NCBI RefSeq assembly: GCF_009914755.1
Contig: NC_060927.1
Length of the DNA: 64,000 nt
DNA from: the human T2T-CHM13v2.0 reference genome, Homo sapiens
Reading direction: 5' to 3' (one strand)
Part shown: positions 12,436-27,253 of the stretch, piece by piece
Position numbering within the stretch: position 1 is the stretch's first letter
Layout of the letters: each line of letters begins with the position of its first letter
The notes under the pieces: generated by a model
The model's input: only the letters and a program-made list of their open reading frames with translations
What the model was told of the DNA's origin: nothing
Database searches by the model: none
Made by a program: the position numbers and the translations under genes

Positions 12436-13439
12436 GAATGACAGAGGCTATTGACCTAAAGGAATGCTCATTACTTCTTACATATATGCCCTTTTTGAGA
12501 CACCAGCAGGAATTTGGCACAGGGAGATAGTGTTATAGAAAATTATTCAATTTAAAGCAGAGATCATCTGGAAACCAGAACATGACATTTTTGGCTGAAA
12601 GGGTGGGGAGTCTTGGGGGTGGAAGGGGGTGGGAATGGAGTCAACCAGCAACCCAGAAGCGCGCTTGGGGAAGACGGTAATTGGCCAGCTCTTACAGAAG
12701 TTATCAAAGAGAACATGAGATTTGCTGTAGCCTCTCTGCATAAGTCTAGGACCCCAAGAGGAGTTGGAGAATTACTGTGTGTCACCACGGGGTGTCCTTC
12801 AGGAGGAAAGGGCAGGCCTCAAGTCAGATGCCAGATGCTATAACCATCATTATCTGCAGAGGAAAATTGGGTCTGAAATGTCCCCCTGGGGAGCATGCTC
12901 CCTCCTCGTCTTCTGGCTAGACGTTCCTCCTGCAGGGAGGCGAGGCTGAGGACTGGGACAAAAATATTGCAGTTCAGTGCTGTTTCCCACTAGAAAGGTC
13001 ATGGGTGCAAAACAATGAGTCCAATTTAAGTTTGCTGGTCTTTAAGTATATATATTGTTATTATCATTATTATTGTATTGCCATAGATTGTACTGGTAGT
13101 ATAGATTGCTTAAAAGAAAATGAACTTTGATAATCTTCTGTAATGACAATAATACCTACCTAATACTACTAATAATAATTAATTATAAGGGTTAATTGAG
13201 GGATGTATAATAAGCTCAGGCACTGAGTATGGCATGAACTGAACACATATAAAAATGTTAGCTTGAATAATAAACACTATGCATATTTATTAGAAGTAAA
13301 TATTAATGTCTTTTAGCAATCTTCATAATTAATTTTAATGTTTTGTTAATAAATTACCAATAATTCAATTTTCTAATAAAATATTCATATTAATAATAAA
13401 ACAATAATGTGATTAAATACGAGTTAAATATTAGTAGTA

Positions 13440-13725
13440 TTTTGTTATTCCATAAATGTCTATGAGGTGTTACTTGCTGTCAGACTGTGTTCTAAGCCCT
13501 GGGGTAACAGGTGCATGAGACAACGCCCTGATCTCAGGAAGCTTATGCTTGAGCAAGGGGAAACTGCCTAGTAAAAGAATTACAGATAGTGATACATGCT
13601 AATGAGAGTAACTAAGGGGGTGGGGGGGTGCCACAGGCTATTTCCTTAGTGGAAGCAGGGAAGGCTTCTCTGAGGAGGGGACATTTACATGGCCCTCTAT
13701 GATGAGAAGGAGCCATGAGATGTTG
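13440..13725 (-). mobile_element. L2 (apparently continues at about 15190-15330 and 18140-18250)
   Basis: CAGACTGTGTTCTAAGCCCTGGGG, CAGGGAAGGCTTCTCTGAGGAGGGGACATTT; later CCAGGCTGAGGGAACAGCCAGCGCAAAG. Confidence 0.7.
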
Positions 13726-14124
13726 TGAGGTGATTTCAATGCTTTGGACGATAAGCATCAGAAAACTCTAGATTCAAATAATTTAAATGATAATAACATT
13801 TACTGTTTCACATTACAAGAAGTCCCAAGGTAGGAAGGTTCTAGGGTTGTCTAACTCGGGTCCCATCCACAGCACGAGGACGCAGTTTCTTCCATCTTTC
13901 TGCCTGCCCGTCTGCAGGGCACCCTGCAGCCTGTAGCCGGGCCTCAGCCTGGCTTCCCTCATGGCTGTCAATAGTTGCCAACATCCCATCTGAAACAACA
14001 TCCAGAGGAAGAAGGGAGAATTTCCAGAAGTGTCCAGCACATTGACTCTCGCATCTCACTGGTCAGAACCGGGCCAAACACCCACCTTTAAAATCACAAG
14101 CAAGAGAATAGAATCACCATGATT

Positions 14125-15087
14125 GGCAAGCTTTTTCTGTAGATTGTTAAATAGGAAATATTTTAGACTTCACAGGTCAAGAGGCAAGATTGAAGGTATT
14201 ATGTAGGTACTTAAATAATAAGAGAGAAAATAGATTTCCACAAAGTTTTTATTGATGAAATTCAAAATAGAATAGTTGAATATAATTTTTTTAAATGCGG
14301 GCCTATTAAGAAGAAGAATGAGTTTCTTTTGGAGGGAATAGCATTTTTTTAATCAGGAAAATAAAATTTTGCCTAATTGGAGGTAAAAGTGTTCTAACAT
14401 TTTATCTTTTTTTTTTTTTTTTTTTTTTGAGACAAAGTCTTACTCCGTCGCACATGCTGGAGTCCAGTGGCATGATCTTGGCTCACTGCAACGTCTGCCT
14501 CCTGGGTTCAAGTGATTCTTATGCCTCAGCCGCCTGAGTAGCTGGGATTACAGGTGCATGCCACCACACCTGGCTAATTTTTGTATTTTTAGTAGAGATG
14601 GTCTCTCACCATGTTGGCAAGGCTGGTCTTGAACTCCTGTCTTGAACTCCTGACTTTAGATGATCTGCCCCTCTCAGCCTCCCAAAGTACTGGGATTACT
14701 GACAAGAGCCACTGTGTCCAGCCCTAACTTTTTATCTAACTGGGGGGTCAAAGTTATTTTCCTATCATTAAAAATAGATTGCAACTGTTCATATATTAAT
14801 GCTGATCTATGATGAGATTTTACGTTTCATTTTTGAAAATGTATTTACACAGAAAGATACATGTGGCACCACTACTCATTTCTACTGTTGCAGTGTGAAA
14901 GCAGCCAGAGGCAAAAAGTAAATAAATAGGCATAATTGTCTTCCAATAAAGCTTTATTTATGGACACTAAAATTTGCAATTCATATCGTTTTCATGCACA
15001 AAATATTATTCTTTTGGATTTTAAAAAATGCATTTAAAAATGTAATATGCCAGGTTTGTCCCTAGGGCCATAGTTTGCAGACTCCTG
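14125..15087. mobile_element. Cheshire/MER58-family hAT element, internally deleted and split by an Alu
   Basis: GGCAAGCTTTTTCTGTA..AAATATTTTAG..AAGAGGCAAGATTGAAGGTATTATGTAGGTACTT start; GGGCCATAGTTTGCAGACTCCTG end followed by CTCTAGAC. Confidence 0.75.
14408..14723 (-). mobile_element. AluS
   Basis: TSD CTAAC(A/T)TTTTATCT at 14394-14407 and 14724-14737. Confidence 0.95.
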
Positions 15088-15331
15088 CTCTAGACTAATC
15101 AGGATTTCCCCTGAGTCATGAGAAGAAACTTTGCCTGTAAGGATCAGGCTGGAAAAAGCATGTGAGTAAGCATGCAACAGTGTCTACTTCAAGGGAAAAG
15201 AAGTCTCCAGGCTGAGGGAACAGCCAGCGCAAAGATCCCGAGGCAGTGATAAGCCTAGAAAGTATGATCCTTAGCCATGAGCCGGGAGGAGGAGGAGCCG
15301 AGAGGCCCGAGATAAGGGTGGGGATCAGGTG

Positions 15332-15985
15332 CTAACTTCCAGAATGTGGTGTGAGGAGCACCATAGACCCTCTCCCTGGCAAAATAGTAATAACTGGTGA
15401 AGATTATTGTAAAGAACAAAAACCAACCACTGAAATCCTCTGAAAATTGTCCTAAGGATACGCAGCAAATAAGGAGGTATTTGAGAAAAATCTATTAAAT
15501 CCTGGTAAGAACAATAAGAGTCTGTGGCACTTAAGCCAGTACCTACTCTCCCCTTCTTTCCCCCCGATCCCCCTCAGCTCTGTATTGCAGGGACTACCTT
15601 CTAGGCAAATATTGCCAAGATGCCCCGGCTCCCTTCCTCCACCCATCCCCCACTCATAGCACAGAGATGCTACTTCAAGTGTGGCAGCCTGAGAATACTG
15701 GGGCCTGATTACCTTTCACCCAGCTTGCTTATGGGGAGAAGTTCCATGCCAGGAGAGAAGTTTCATGCCCAAAAGACCAGACGCCACCACCCCAGTCCAA
15801 TGCCCTTCTCATAAAGCCGACGTGCTGCTCCGGAAGAAGTGGACCACTGTCTCTGCCCCCAGCTCTGGGCAAAGGACTCAGAAAGTTTGCCCAAGAGGAG
15901 AGGCAGGTCATAAGGAAAGAGCTCAGGAGTTCTCTGCAGATGAACTAACTTTATTTGAAAAAGAATGTGTGGGTGTTAAAGCTAA
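15332..15985 (+). mobile_element. Old L1M 5' UTR fragment
   Basis: ACTTCCAGAATGTGGTGTGAGGAGC..AAATTGTCCTAAGG..GAGTCTGTGGCACTTAAGCCA resembles L1M 5'-end consensuses. Confidence 0.55.
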
Positions 15986-15988
15986 GAA

Positions 15989-16640
15989 TGTTATATTTCC
16001 TAGGGTTACAATAACAAATTACCACAACTTTGGCTTAAAGGAGCATAGGTTTATTCTCACTGGCTTCTTGATATGGTTTGGCTCCGCGTTCACACCCAAA
16101 TCTCATCTTGAATTGCAGTTCCCTAATCCCCATGTGTCATGGGAAGGACCCGGTAGGAGGTAATTGAATCATGGGGGCAGTTACCTCCATGCTGTTCTCA
16201 TGATAGTGAGTGAGTTCTCATGAGATCCGAGGGTTTTATAAGGGGCTTTTCCCCCTTTTACTCAGCACTTCTCCTTCCTGCCATGATGTGAAGAAGGACA
16301 TGTTTGCTTCCCTTTCAGCCACAATTGTAAGTTTCCTGAGCCCTCCCCAGCTATATACAACTGTGAGTCAATTGAACCTCTTTCCTTTATAAATTACCTA
16401 GTCTCAGGCAGTCCTTTATAGCAGCATGAGAAGGGACGAATACACTTCTGGAGGCCAGAGGTCTGAAATCAAGGTGTCAGCAGGGTGTGCTCCTTGGAGG
16501 CTCTGAGGGAGAATCTGTTCCTGGCCACTTCTAGCTTCCAGTGGCTGCTCAGAATTTCTTGGCATTGCTTGGCTTGTGGCCCTGTCACTCCAGTCTCTGC
16601 CCCAATTTTCATATGTTCTCTGTGTGTCTGTGGCTAATCA
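15989..16640 (-). mobile_element. MLT1A/B LTR fragment split by THE1
   Basis: AACAAATTACCACAACTTTGGCTTAAA ... TTCTGGAGGCCAGAGGTCTGAAATCAAGGTGTCAGCAGGG. Confidence 0.8.
16069..16444 (+). mobile_element. THE1 (C/D) solo LTR
   Basis: TGATATGGTTTGGCT...AATACA, 376 bp, perfect 5-bp TSD CTTCT. Confidence 0.93.
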
Positions 16641-16649
16641 CTCTCTGCC

Positions 16650-16825
16650 TGTCTTTCTTTGTGGTGTGAATCTCTTCTACTTTATCCTACTTAGAGTTCC
16701 TTGAGTATCTTGTATGAATAAATTCATGTTTTTCATCAATCTGGAGAATTTTTCAGCCATTATTCTTCAAACATTCTTTCTTCCCCTTTATCTGTTCCCC
16801 TCTGAGACTTCCAATATGCATCTGT
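16650..16825 (-). mobile_element. L1M ORF1-region fragment, inverted
   Basis: TTTTCAGCCATTATTCTTCAAACATTCTTTC is antisense to the L1 ORF1 region (..EIMAENF..). Confidence 0.6.
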
Positions 16826-18156
<1,331 letters not shown>

Positions 18157-18205
18157 TCATCAGAGAAGGGCCAGCCAGGTCCTCAGGGGAGTGTGGTTTT
18201 ACTTT

Positions 18206-18242
18206 AGGTAGAGCGAAAGACATCAGGTAGAGCGAAAGACAT
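18206..18242 (+). repeat. Tandem duplication, 19-bp period
   Basis: AGGTAGAGCGAAAGACAT occurs twice, separated by one C. Confidence 0.9.
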
Positions 18243-19154
18243 TAGAGTATCCATAACTTCAGCCAGCCTGACCTCTGCCATTTGCTTTTTTGTCTAACCT
18301 TGATCATGGAAGAGAAAACCTTCTGCTCTCATCAGAGCTATTCCCCAAGTCAGGTTACCCCACAACATAGAGCAGCCTCATCCTTTGCGACTAGATTTCT
18401 CTCATAAGCTCCTGTACGTCCTCAAAGAATCCTGGTTCCTCAATAATGGAAGTTAGCAGTTATTCTCAAAATGAGGGAGTGTTTCTAAATGAGAATTTCC
18501 TCTGTGTGTGTGTAAATAGTCTCAAACAGCTTTTATATATGAGGTCTGGCAGCTGCCAGCAAGGAAGGAAGCAAACATCTCATTTTGCAGTTAACCTGTC
18601 TCATTACGTCATTCGTTGGCAGCCTTTGATGACATTTGTTCTGGGAACTAGACATATGTTTTTGAAAAGGTAAAGACTCTTCCTCCAGATATATTGATGG
18701 CAATGAGATCATGACATCAGAAGCTGGGGTTGTAATAGTAAAACCCAGCATCAAAAGTTTAGGCCAAAGGTCAGATGCTCAAAAGCCTTCAGGGCCAGAA
18801 ATAAAAATAGCATGTAGCTGCTTTCTATCAAGGCAGGAGAGAGCTGTGGTTACTGAGAGGTTGTGGCTCAAATGCATTCAATGAAAACTTTTTAGATAGT
18901 ATGTTAGTTAAGCCTAACCCAATTGGTAGACCCATTGGCCTCCAACTGGTAAGTCATATGATGGGCTTACTGAATCACTTTTAACCTTGAGACTATTTTT
19001 CAGAACACAGAATTCCCCAGGTCTACTCTCCTAGTCAGAGTAAACCTGGGCAGTTTCCTCAGGCAGAGCTCTCTCTATGGATGTTGACTTATTTTGTTTA
19101 ATTAAAAGTAATAAACCCTCCTGATCCCTAGATTGTCTCTATATGGCAACAGGC

Positions 19155-19330
19155 AATAAAGATGGTGATGGTCCTGTGTTTACTATGCATCAGGCACTGG
19201 GCTAAGCACTTTATATGCTTACTTCTTTTAATGCTCACAAAACAGCTACCACAAGAAACTTGTATTTAACTGATGAGGTAACTGAAAGTCAGAGAAGTTA
19301 AGTAACTTGTCTAAAATCACACAGCTCTAT
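19155..19330 (-). mobile_element. MIR
   Basis: CAGGCACTGGGCTAAGCACTTTATATG..GATGAGGTAACTGA..AGAGAAGTTAAGTAACTTG. Confidence 0.8.
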
Positions 19331-19391
19331 AGCTTTCAAAATCCTCCGAAGAAAAATTATTATTTAAGAAAAAGAAAACCTAATCCTTTAG

Positions 19392-19826
<435 letters not shown>

Positions 19827-19835
19827 AAACATTTA

Positions 19836-20538
<703 letters not shown>

Positions 20539-20829
20539 ATCTATAACAACTCATACTATAAACATAATGCACATATCATTTCCACAAATTCTATAATCTC
20601 GCCTGCTGTGTTTCCCCAGGTTTTGGCCATGAAGCAAACCACCAAGGCCTTAATGTAATTCTCATGTTACCCCCTGAAATGGGTAAAGGTCTTCCTCTTT
20701 TCTTCTAACCGGGTAGAGTGAACCTGCATTTAGAGGGCCCAACCTGCTTGCCAGGGCACAGAGCCAGAAGGGAAACATGGAATCATAATGATGCCAGTGA
20801 TCCCCAAACGGCTCACCTTCCCTGGGCTT

Positions 20830-20975
20830 AAGCTTTAGCACTGTGCTCAGAGCCTTGCAGAAAGCATCTCTGGGAATCCTTGAAACTGCCTTCGGGGTAA
20901 TTACTGTTATTATTCCCATCTGATAGATGAGAAACTGGGGCCTCAAGGAGGAAATTGCCCAAGATCACACAACCT
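20830..20975 (-). mobile_element. MIR fragment
   Basis: ATTATTCCCATCTGATAGATGAGAAACTGGGGCCTCA..TTGCCCAAGATCACAC. Confidence 0.75.
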
Positions 20976-21641
20976 TCGGCTGACCCCAAAGAGAGTGGTG
21001 TTCATGACTATATAATGTCATGGCATCTTGAGCGAGAACTTTGCCTTAGGGCCTTCCTCAGGGAAGTGTTGGGCTAGAAACAACAGGCCTGGCTGCTGTG
21101 AAGAAAGGAGTCTCTTGTGGCCACAAAGGAAGAAGAAGGAGGGGTCTGGAGAGCCTCTGGATCCAGGGTTATTTGCTAAGGCTGAAGTCCGAGATCCCTC
21201 TTGGACCACTCGTACCTGAATTGCTCCCGGCCTGCTGGGTGCCAGGTGGCATGGAGCTTCCCAGCCTTCACTCAGTTTGTTGACTACCAGGTGAACTCAG
21301 TTTCCAACTGCAGGACATCAGAACAAGATTCTGAATGAAAACGTGTTCCCCCAGGTGAGCCATATGCAGACGAATGCTTGGGATGCTGGGTAGATGTTGA
21401 AAAAAAGTTTTGCCCGAAGAATACCAAGTAGACACAGGCTGCGTTTCGTGGCCAACGAGAGCAGTCTTGCAACCAGGCCGTCTTTCTGAAAATGGGAATA
21501 TGGTGAGTGGCCAAACTTTGCTCTCAAAGTAGACAATGGAAGTGTTGGGAAGGAGATAGGAAAGGAAAGGAAGGAGACGGCCAGGTTTCCCTGGTTCTTC
21601 CGTCTTTAGCGGTAGCCCACCTAGTATGAGCACTGTTCTTA

Positions 21642-22269
21642 TGTGGTAGGCTAGGTAATTCCACTCCCTTTCCCCCACATCCCCCAAAAGAGATGCCATA
21701 CCCTAAACCCTGGGACCTAGGACGATGTTACCTACAGGGCAAAGGGCATTTTGCAGCTATGGTTAAGGTTATGGGTCTGAAAGTGGAGGAGATTACCCTG
21801 GATTATCTAGGTGGACCCAATCTAATCAGATAAAACCTTGAAGGCAGAAAATCTTCCCTGGCTAAATTTAGAGAGAGGCCATCAGGTAAGGAGAGGCAGG
21901 AGAGATTGGGGGCTTGAGAGGGACTCGGCTGTCTGTGGCCGGTTTTCAGAACTAGGGGCCAGGAGCTTAGAAGTGCAGGTGGCCTCTAGCAGCTGGGAAT
22001 AGGCTGCAGCTGACAGCGAGGAAACAAGGAGTTCAGCCCTAAAATTATAAGGAACTGAATTCTGCCAGCAACGTGAATGAGCAAGGGAACAGGGTCTCCT
22101 CTAGAGCCTCCAGAAATGAGTGCAGACAGCCCTGCTAACACGTTGATTTTAGCCTAGTGAGACCTGCGTTGTGCCTCTGCCCTATAGAACTGTGAGATAA
22201 TATGTTTGTGGTGTTTTTAGCCACTAAGTTTGTAGCCATTTGTTATGATAGCAATAGGTAACGAATACA
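21642..22269 (+). mobile_element. MLT1E-type solo LTR
   Basis: TGTGGTAGGC...AATACA, 628 bp, perfect TSD TCTTA. Confidence 0.9.
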
Positions 22270-23461
22270 TCTTATGAATGAAAATGTGCTGGTTAGTAGC
22301 TGGTTAGAAAGTGGCCTAGGTGGGAGGAATTCTGGGAGGAAGAAGCTGGAAGAGCAGCTTCATTTTGAGCCCCTTGGGAAGAACAGGAATATACAGGTTG
22401 TATTATCTAATCTCATGACAGAGTTTTGCCCAGAGAAAACCAAGTAGACACATAATCTTGAGACATGTTCCCTGTTTTCATTTTATCTTGCTTACTCTGT
22501 ACCTACCCCTAAAACAGGAAACAGAGGACACTCCAAGGGGAGCTTTCCTTGACTTGCTCTCAAAATGTATGTGAAATAGCGGGACGCCTCCCTGACTGTA
22601 GAGAATCAGTGCCAGGACCCTAGAGCTTTCTACTTGTGGGCATCAAACTTTTTAGCTACAGTAGTGTCAGACTGGGAATAAGCAGTGGACTGTTTTTGCC
22701 CTGTGGTACAATCCAGGCATCTCCATTTCACAAGGTACAGCTCAAGCCACTAAGGGTCTGAGTGCACCATGTGCGCAAACCAGAAATTCTGCAGCAGTGC
22801 TGGAGGGAGGGAGTGGAGGCTGTGGGTGACTTGCTTCTGTCTTCAAATTTTTGTTCTCTTCTCCTGTCTAGTCCTCTTGAGTTATTAATTAGAATCATTG
22901 CCTTTGTTTCTTCTCTGTACTGTGCTTGTCAGGCAGTGTTCCTTTTCCAAGAAGGGGAATAAATGTATTGTTTAATTTATGAGGATATAATACTATAATA
23001 GTATATTCCTTTGCCTGAAATGTATTCTTAAGTATTACCTTGGTCTGTGCTTTAACTGAGTTGGATAGAGACGGCACACTGCAATTGTTAAGGTTAATGA
23101 CCCAGTGATTTACAAGACAAGGCACATTTACTGGCAAATAGATTTTAGTAATTGTTCCGCTCCACAGTGAGAATAACGGTTTGTGTATTGATTCATCATG
23201 TCTTGGAGTTGGGGCTCACTCAGAGAAGACAGAGCCCAGGGTCTTGTGGCAGAGGCTGCCTAGGATCGATGAGATTAGCAGACCCCACAAGCTCAGCTTG
23301 CTAAGAGAAATTTTGCTCAGGAAAACCCTCAGGTGCCCTCAGGTGGAGTGAATAATAATTGTAAGACAAAGATGGCTTACAAGTGCTGCAGGTGCCAGAA
23401 TTAAAAAAAAAAAAAATAAATAAACACACAAACCCCACGAAACTAATACAGGCTTATTTTT

Positions 23462-24057
23462 TTCCGCTTTTATTGAGATATTATTAGTAAATAAAAATGG
23501 TATAATTTATGATGTTTAACGTGATGTTTTGATATACATATACATTGTAAAATTACCACAATCAAGCTAATTAACACATCTATTACCTCTCATAGCTGCC
23601 ATTTATGTGTGTGTGATTAGAACAGTTGAGATCTCAGCAAATTTCAAATATACAATATGTTATTATTAACTATAGTCGTCAAGCTTATAACTTGTAAATG
23701 AAAGTTTATACTTCTTGACCAACATCTCCCCTTTCCTCTCATTCTAGTCCCTAGTAACCACAATTCTACTCTGTTACCATGAGTTCTACTTTTTATTTTA
23801 TTTTTTTAAGCTTCTACATATGAGTAAGATCAGGCAGTATTTGCCTTTCTGTGCCTGGCTTATTTCACTTAGCATGACGTCCTCCAGGTTCATCCTTGTT
23901 GCAAATGTGGCAGGTTTTCCTTCTTTTCAAAGGCTGAATCGTATTCAATTGTGTAAATGTACCATATTTATCCATCATCTGCCAATGGACGCTTAGGTTG
24001 TTTCCATATCTTGGCTATTGTGAATAATGCTGCAATGAACATGAGAGCACAAATATC
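23462..24057 (-). mobile_element. 5'-truncated L1MA
   Basis: L1MA 3'UTR; 15/17 TSD AATA(C/T)AGG(C/T)TTATTTTT at 23445-23461 and 24058-24074. Confidence 0.88.
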
Positions 24058-24956
24058 AATATAGGTTTATTTTTGTTCTATGAGAGATGAGCACACTTGA
24101 TACTCAGAACATTTCCACTGGGGGATTCAGTTCGGCATTTTTAAGGGGAAGGGATAAATAAAACTTGGGGAAAATATCCTCTAGAATGGTTTGATCTCTT
24201 TTAAAGAAATATAATTGTGTTCGGACCCAGGATGTAGGTCCAGTTATCAGGTTGATTAAACTTATTTTTCTGATGCCTTGCCTCAGTATGGATTGAGAGC
24301 CACAGAATCATCTATGAGAACCTGGCCACTCCAAGCATATGTCAGTAAGTCTGTGCCCTTTTATTTTCTTGTGCTTCTCTAAGACTACGGGCAAGAGGCT
24401 GCAATTCTTTTTCAAGGGCGTCTCCAATTACCGCTCATTAACTCTGAGAAAAGCTCAAATAGGGAAGACAAAGAGGATTGGACTGAGGACGCTGGAGAGT
24501 GAAGACAAGACACTGAGCTCCCCCACCTCATGCACTGCACAGGGCTTCTAATCTCGGCGACCACATGGGAATGAGGCCCTGCTTCCCTTAGGTCTCTGCT
24601 GTCCCCAGGGAAAGTGAGTGAGATGAGTCAAGGCACAAGAACAGCAAGCCTCCTTGTATTGCTTTTCCAAGTATGCTGTTTATATTGTGCATGTGTATAT
24701 ATGTAGATGTGATATATGAATCTGGAGATCTCATCTGATGGGATATGAGAAAAAAGCCCAGTTGTAGAAGACAGACCAGCACTGAGAGATGTCATTATTA
24801 AAAGATGAATGAAAGGCAACTTTTCTGGCGGAATGTAATATCACACAAATAGACAACACAGTTTTGTTTTTCTTTTTTAAACTCTTTAAATTGTGAAATA
24901 TCATACTTTAAAACAAGCATTTACAGTTTATATTTACAGTTTAATTTAGAAAAAAA

Positions 24957-25033
24957 CGTTTACCTATGTAACAAACCTGCACATCCTACACATGTATCCC
25001 AGAACTTAAAATCAGATAAATTAATTAAAAAAA
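24957..25033 (+). mobile_element. Extremely truncated L1PA 3' tip
   Basis: TTTACCTATGTAACAAACCTGCACATCCTACACATGTATCCCAGAACTTAAAA plus A-rich tail. Confidence 0.85.
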
Positions 25034-25780
25034 ATACAAGCACCTGTGGACCCACCACCCAGTTTAAGAACTAGAACATGACCCGTGCGTTCTGTTCCCA
25101 GGGATTCTGTTCTGATATCCTTCCCCAGGCATGCTGTCTCCCTCCCTCCCCAGCAAGGAGTACCTCTGAATTTTATGTAGTCATTTTGTTTTAAGAGATA
25201 CATATCTTTACATAGCTCTAAAATTGTAGAGCTGTGTGTAGCGCCAGTTCATTCTTTTTTAACATTCTGTATAGCTTTTCATCATATAAATATACCACAG
25301 TTGGGTTACCCACACTATTGTTGGTGGAAACCAGGGTCATTTCCAGTTTTCAGCAGTGCTGTGCATGTCTTGTGTCATACATGTACAAGAGTTCTCTCAG
25401 GTAGATATCTAGGATTGAGCTTGCCAGCTCACAGTTTGTATATATGTTCAGTTTTTACTGCCCAATGCCAAATTGTTTCCTGAAGTGGTTGTACCGATTT
25501 TTACTCCCACCAGCAGTGAGTGAGAGTTCCCACTGCTTCATACTCTTGCCAATATTGGATATTGTTGGATTTATTATGGTTTACTAACTGATGGTACAAA
25601 GGATATTTTATTACAATGTTAGTTTGCAAATAAATTGGTCATAAGCTTGAACACCTTCTCGTGTTGGATATATATGTTTCTTTTTCTGTAGAAAGCCTTT
25701 CTATGAACTTTTTCCTTTTTTCTTATATTGTGTTTTATTCTTTGTTATTCACTAATAGGAGCTCTTCACATATTCTAGAT

Positions 25781-26060
25781 CCTTGCTGTCCAACAGAAAT
25801 ATAACGCAAGCCACATATAATTTAAAATTTCCTAGTAGCTACATTAAAGAAGTAAAAATAAACTAATAAAACTGGTTTTAATAATTCATTATTTTATGTC
25901 ACTAAACTTTATCCAAATGTACCTAAAATTATCAATATAAAATTATTAATGAAGTCTTTGAAATTTAATGTGTATGTTATACTCATGGCAGATCTTATTC
26001 TGTGCCAGTCACATTTCAGTTGCTCACCAGCCACATGACGACTGTATTGATCAATACATG
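25781..26060. mobile_element. MER33 (hAT-Charlie)
   Basis: GCTGTCCAACAGAAATATAACGCAAGCCACATA; TCTAGA-type target on both sides. Confidence 0.8.
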
Positions 26061-26674
26061 TCTAGAGGCTTCTCCTTTGACAATTAGATTTTCTTCTAAA
26101 TTGTAGCTTATGCTCTCACTTTTTTGTGGCTTCTTTTTATGTGCAGGAGTGCTTCACTTGAACATAGCCCCATTTGATTAATCTTTCTTAGTGCTTTTTT
26201 GCATTGTGCTTAAAACCTTCTCTACACTGAGGTGATGAAAGTGTTGTCTTTTGTCCAGAAGTTTGAAAGTTTTGTCTTTTATGCTTACAGTCTTGATCCA
26301 TATGGACTTGAACTTTGGGTTTCGTTTGAGGAAATTTCAACTATCTATATGGATAACACACTGCTGAACTGCTCCTTCTTGGTCCACAGCTCTGCACGTA
26401 GCCCTGTCGTGAGTCAGGTTTCCACGACAGGCACGGGTGTGTTTTCAGACTCTGTCTTCTGTTCCATTTGTCTCTTTGTTTGCCTCTTTCCAAATACCAC
26501 ACTGTCTTCATTATTATAGCTTTAAAATAAGCCCTGTTACCTGCTGAGGCAAGTCTCCTGGCTTGTTTCTCTCTTGGAGTTTCTTGGTATATTTCAGCCT
26601 TTGCTTTCAGATATAAATTTTAAAATCAGTTTGTCAGGGTCTGTGAAAATCCTTTTGTGGCCGTTCTATTCTGT

Positions 26675-26860
26675 TAGATGAGCTGTGTGAACTCAAATAA
26701 GTCACTTTGCCTCTTGGGCCTATCTTTTCATCTGTAAAATGACAGTTTCATTTTGATAGGAGTGAGTGTTTCATTATTAAATGATGTAATGCATGTAAAG
26801 TTCCCAGCACAGTGCCTGGCACCCAGGAAATAGTCAACAAGTAAAGGAGTGGTTTTATTG
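26675..26860 (+). mobile_element. MIR
   Basis: TCATCTGTAAAATG..GCATGTAAAG..AGCACAGTGCCTGGCAC. Confidence 0.8.
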
Positions 26861-27253
26861 CTGTTAAAGCTGAGATGTGGGGGCCTGTTGTGGAGAGTGC
26901 TAGAATCTCAAAAGACAGGCTGGTTTTTAGTTGTACAGAACTGCAGTCTAGGAACTGTAGACTTATTATCACCTTTGTCTTCACATTTTAGTGCAGGCTT
27001 TTGTGATTAATATTAACAATGCACGTGTATAGAACTTTATACCTCAAAATATTTTCACTCATTTGATCATATTTGGACTGCTAAGGAGCATTGAGAAGCA
27101 AGTAAGCATGCACGTATTTGGAAATACCTGACAAGCTTCAGCCAAGCCTTGGAAGCTATATTAGGACAATGGGGTAAGAGGTTATAAGGATCAGACAACC
27201 ACTCAGCTGCCTAGATGCCATCCATCTGCCAAGACAATTTGAAGGTGGAAGGG

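Larger units (their letters stand above)
13726..15190 (-). mobile_element. MLT1K/L LTR split by a Cheshire/MER58 element
   Basis: LTR breaks at ..CCATGATTGGC (14127) and resumes CTAGACTAATCAGG (about 15090). Confidence 0.7.
24875..26660 (-). mobile_element. Old L1M(E) 3' region with nested insertions
   Basis: AGTGGTTGTACCGATTTTTACTCCCACCAGCAGTG..GAGAGTTCC; ATAAATTTTAAAATCAGTTTGTCA. Confidence 0.7.

Noticed and set aside
13040-13440. Very AT-rich stretch as foreign or organellar DNA
   Set aside because: Low-complexity sequence around a MIR remnant, with no mitochondrial gene similarity visible
21268-21699. 143-aa minus-strand ORF
   Set aside because: Starts inside an MLT1E LTR; no homology or exon structure evident
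22461-22470. p53 half-sites (also 4066-4075)
   Set aside because: Single decamers without an adjacent second half-site
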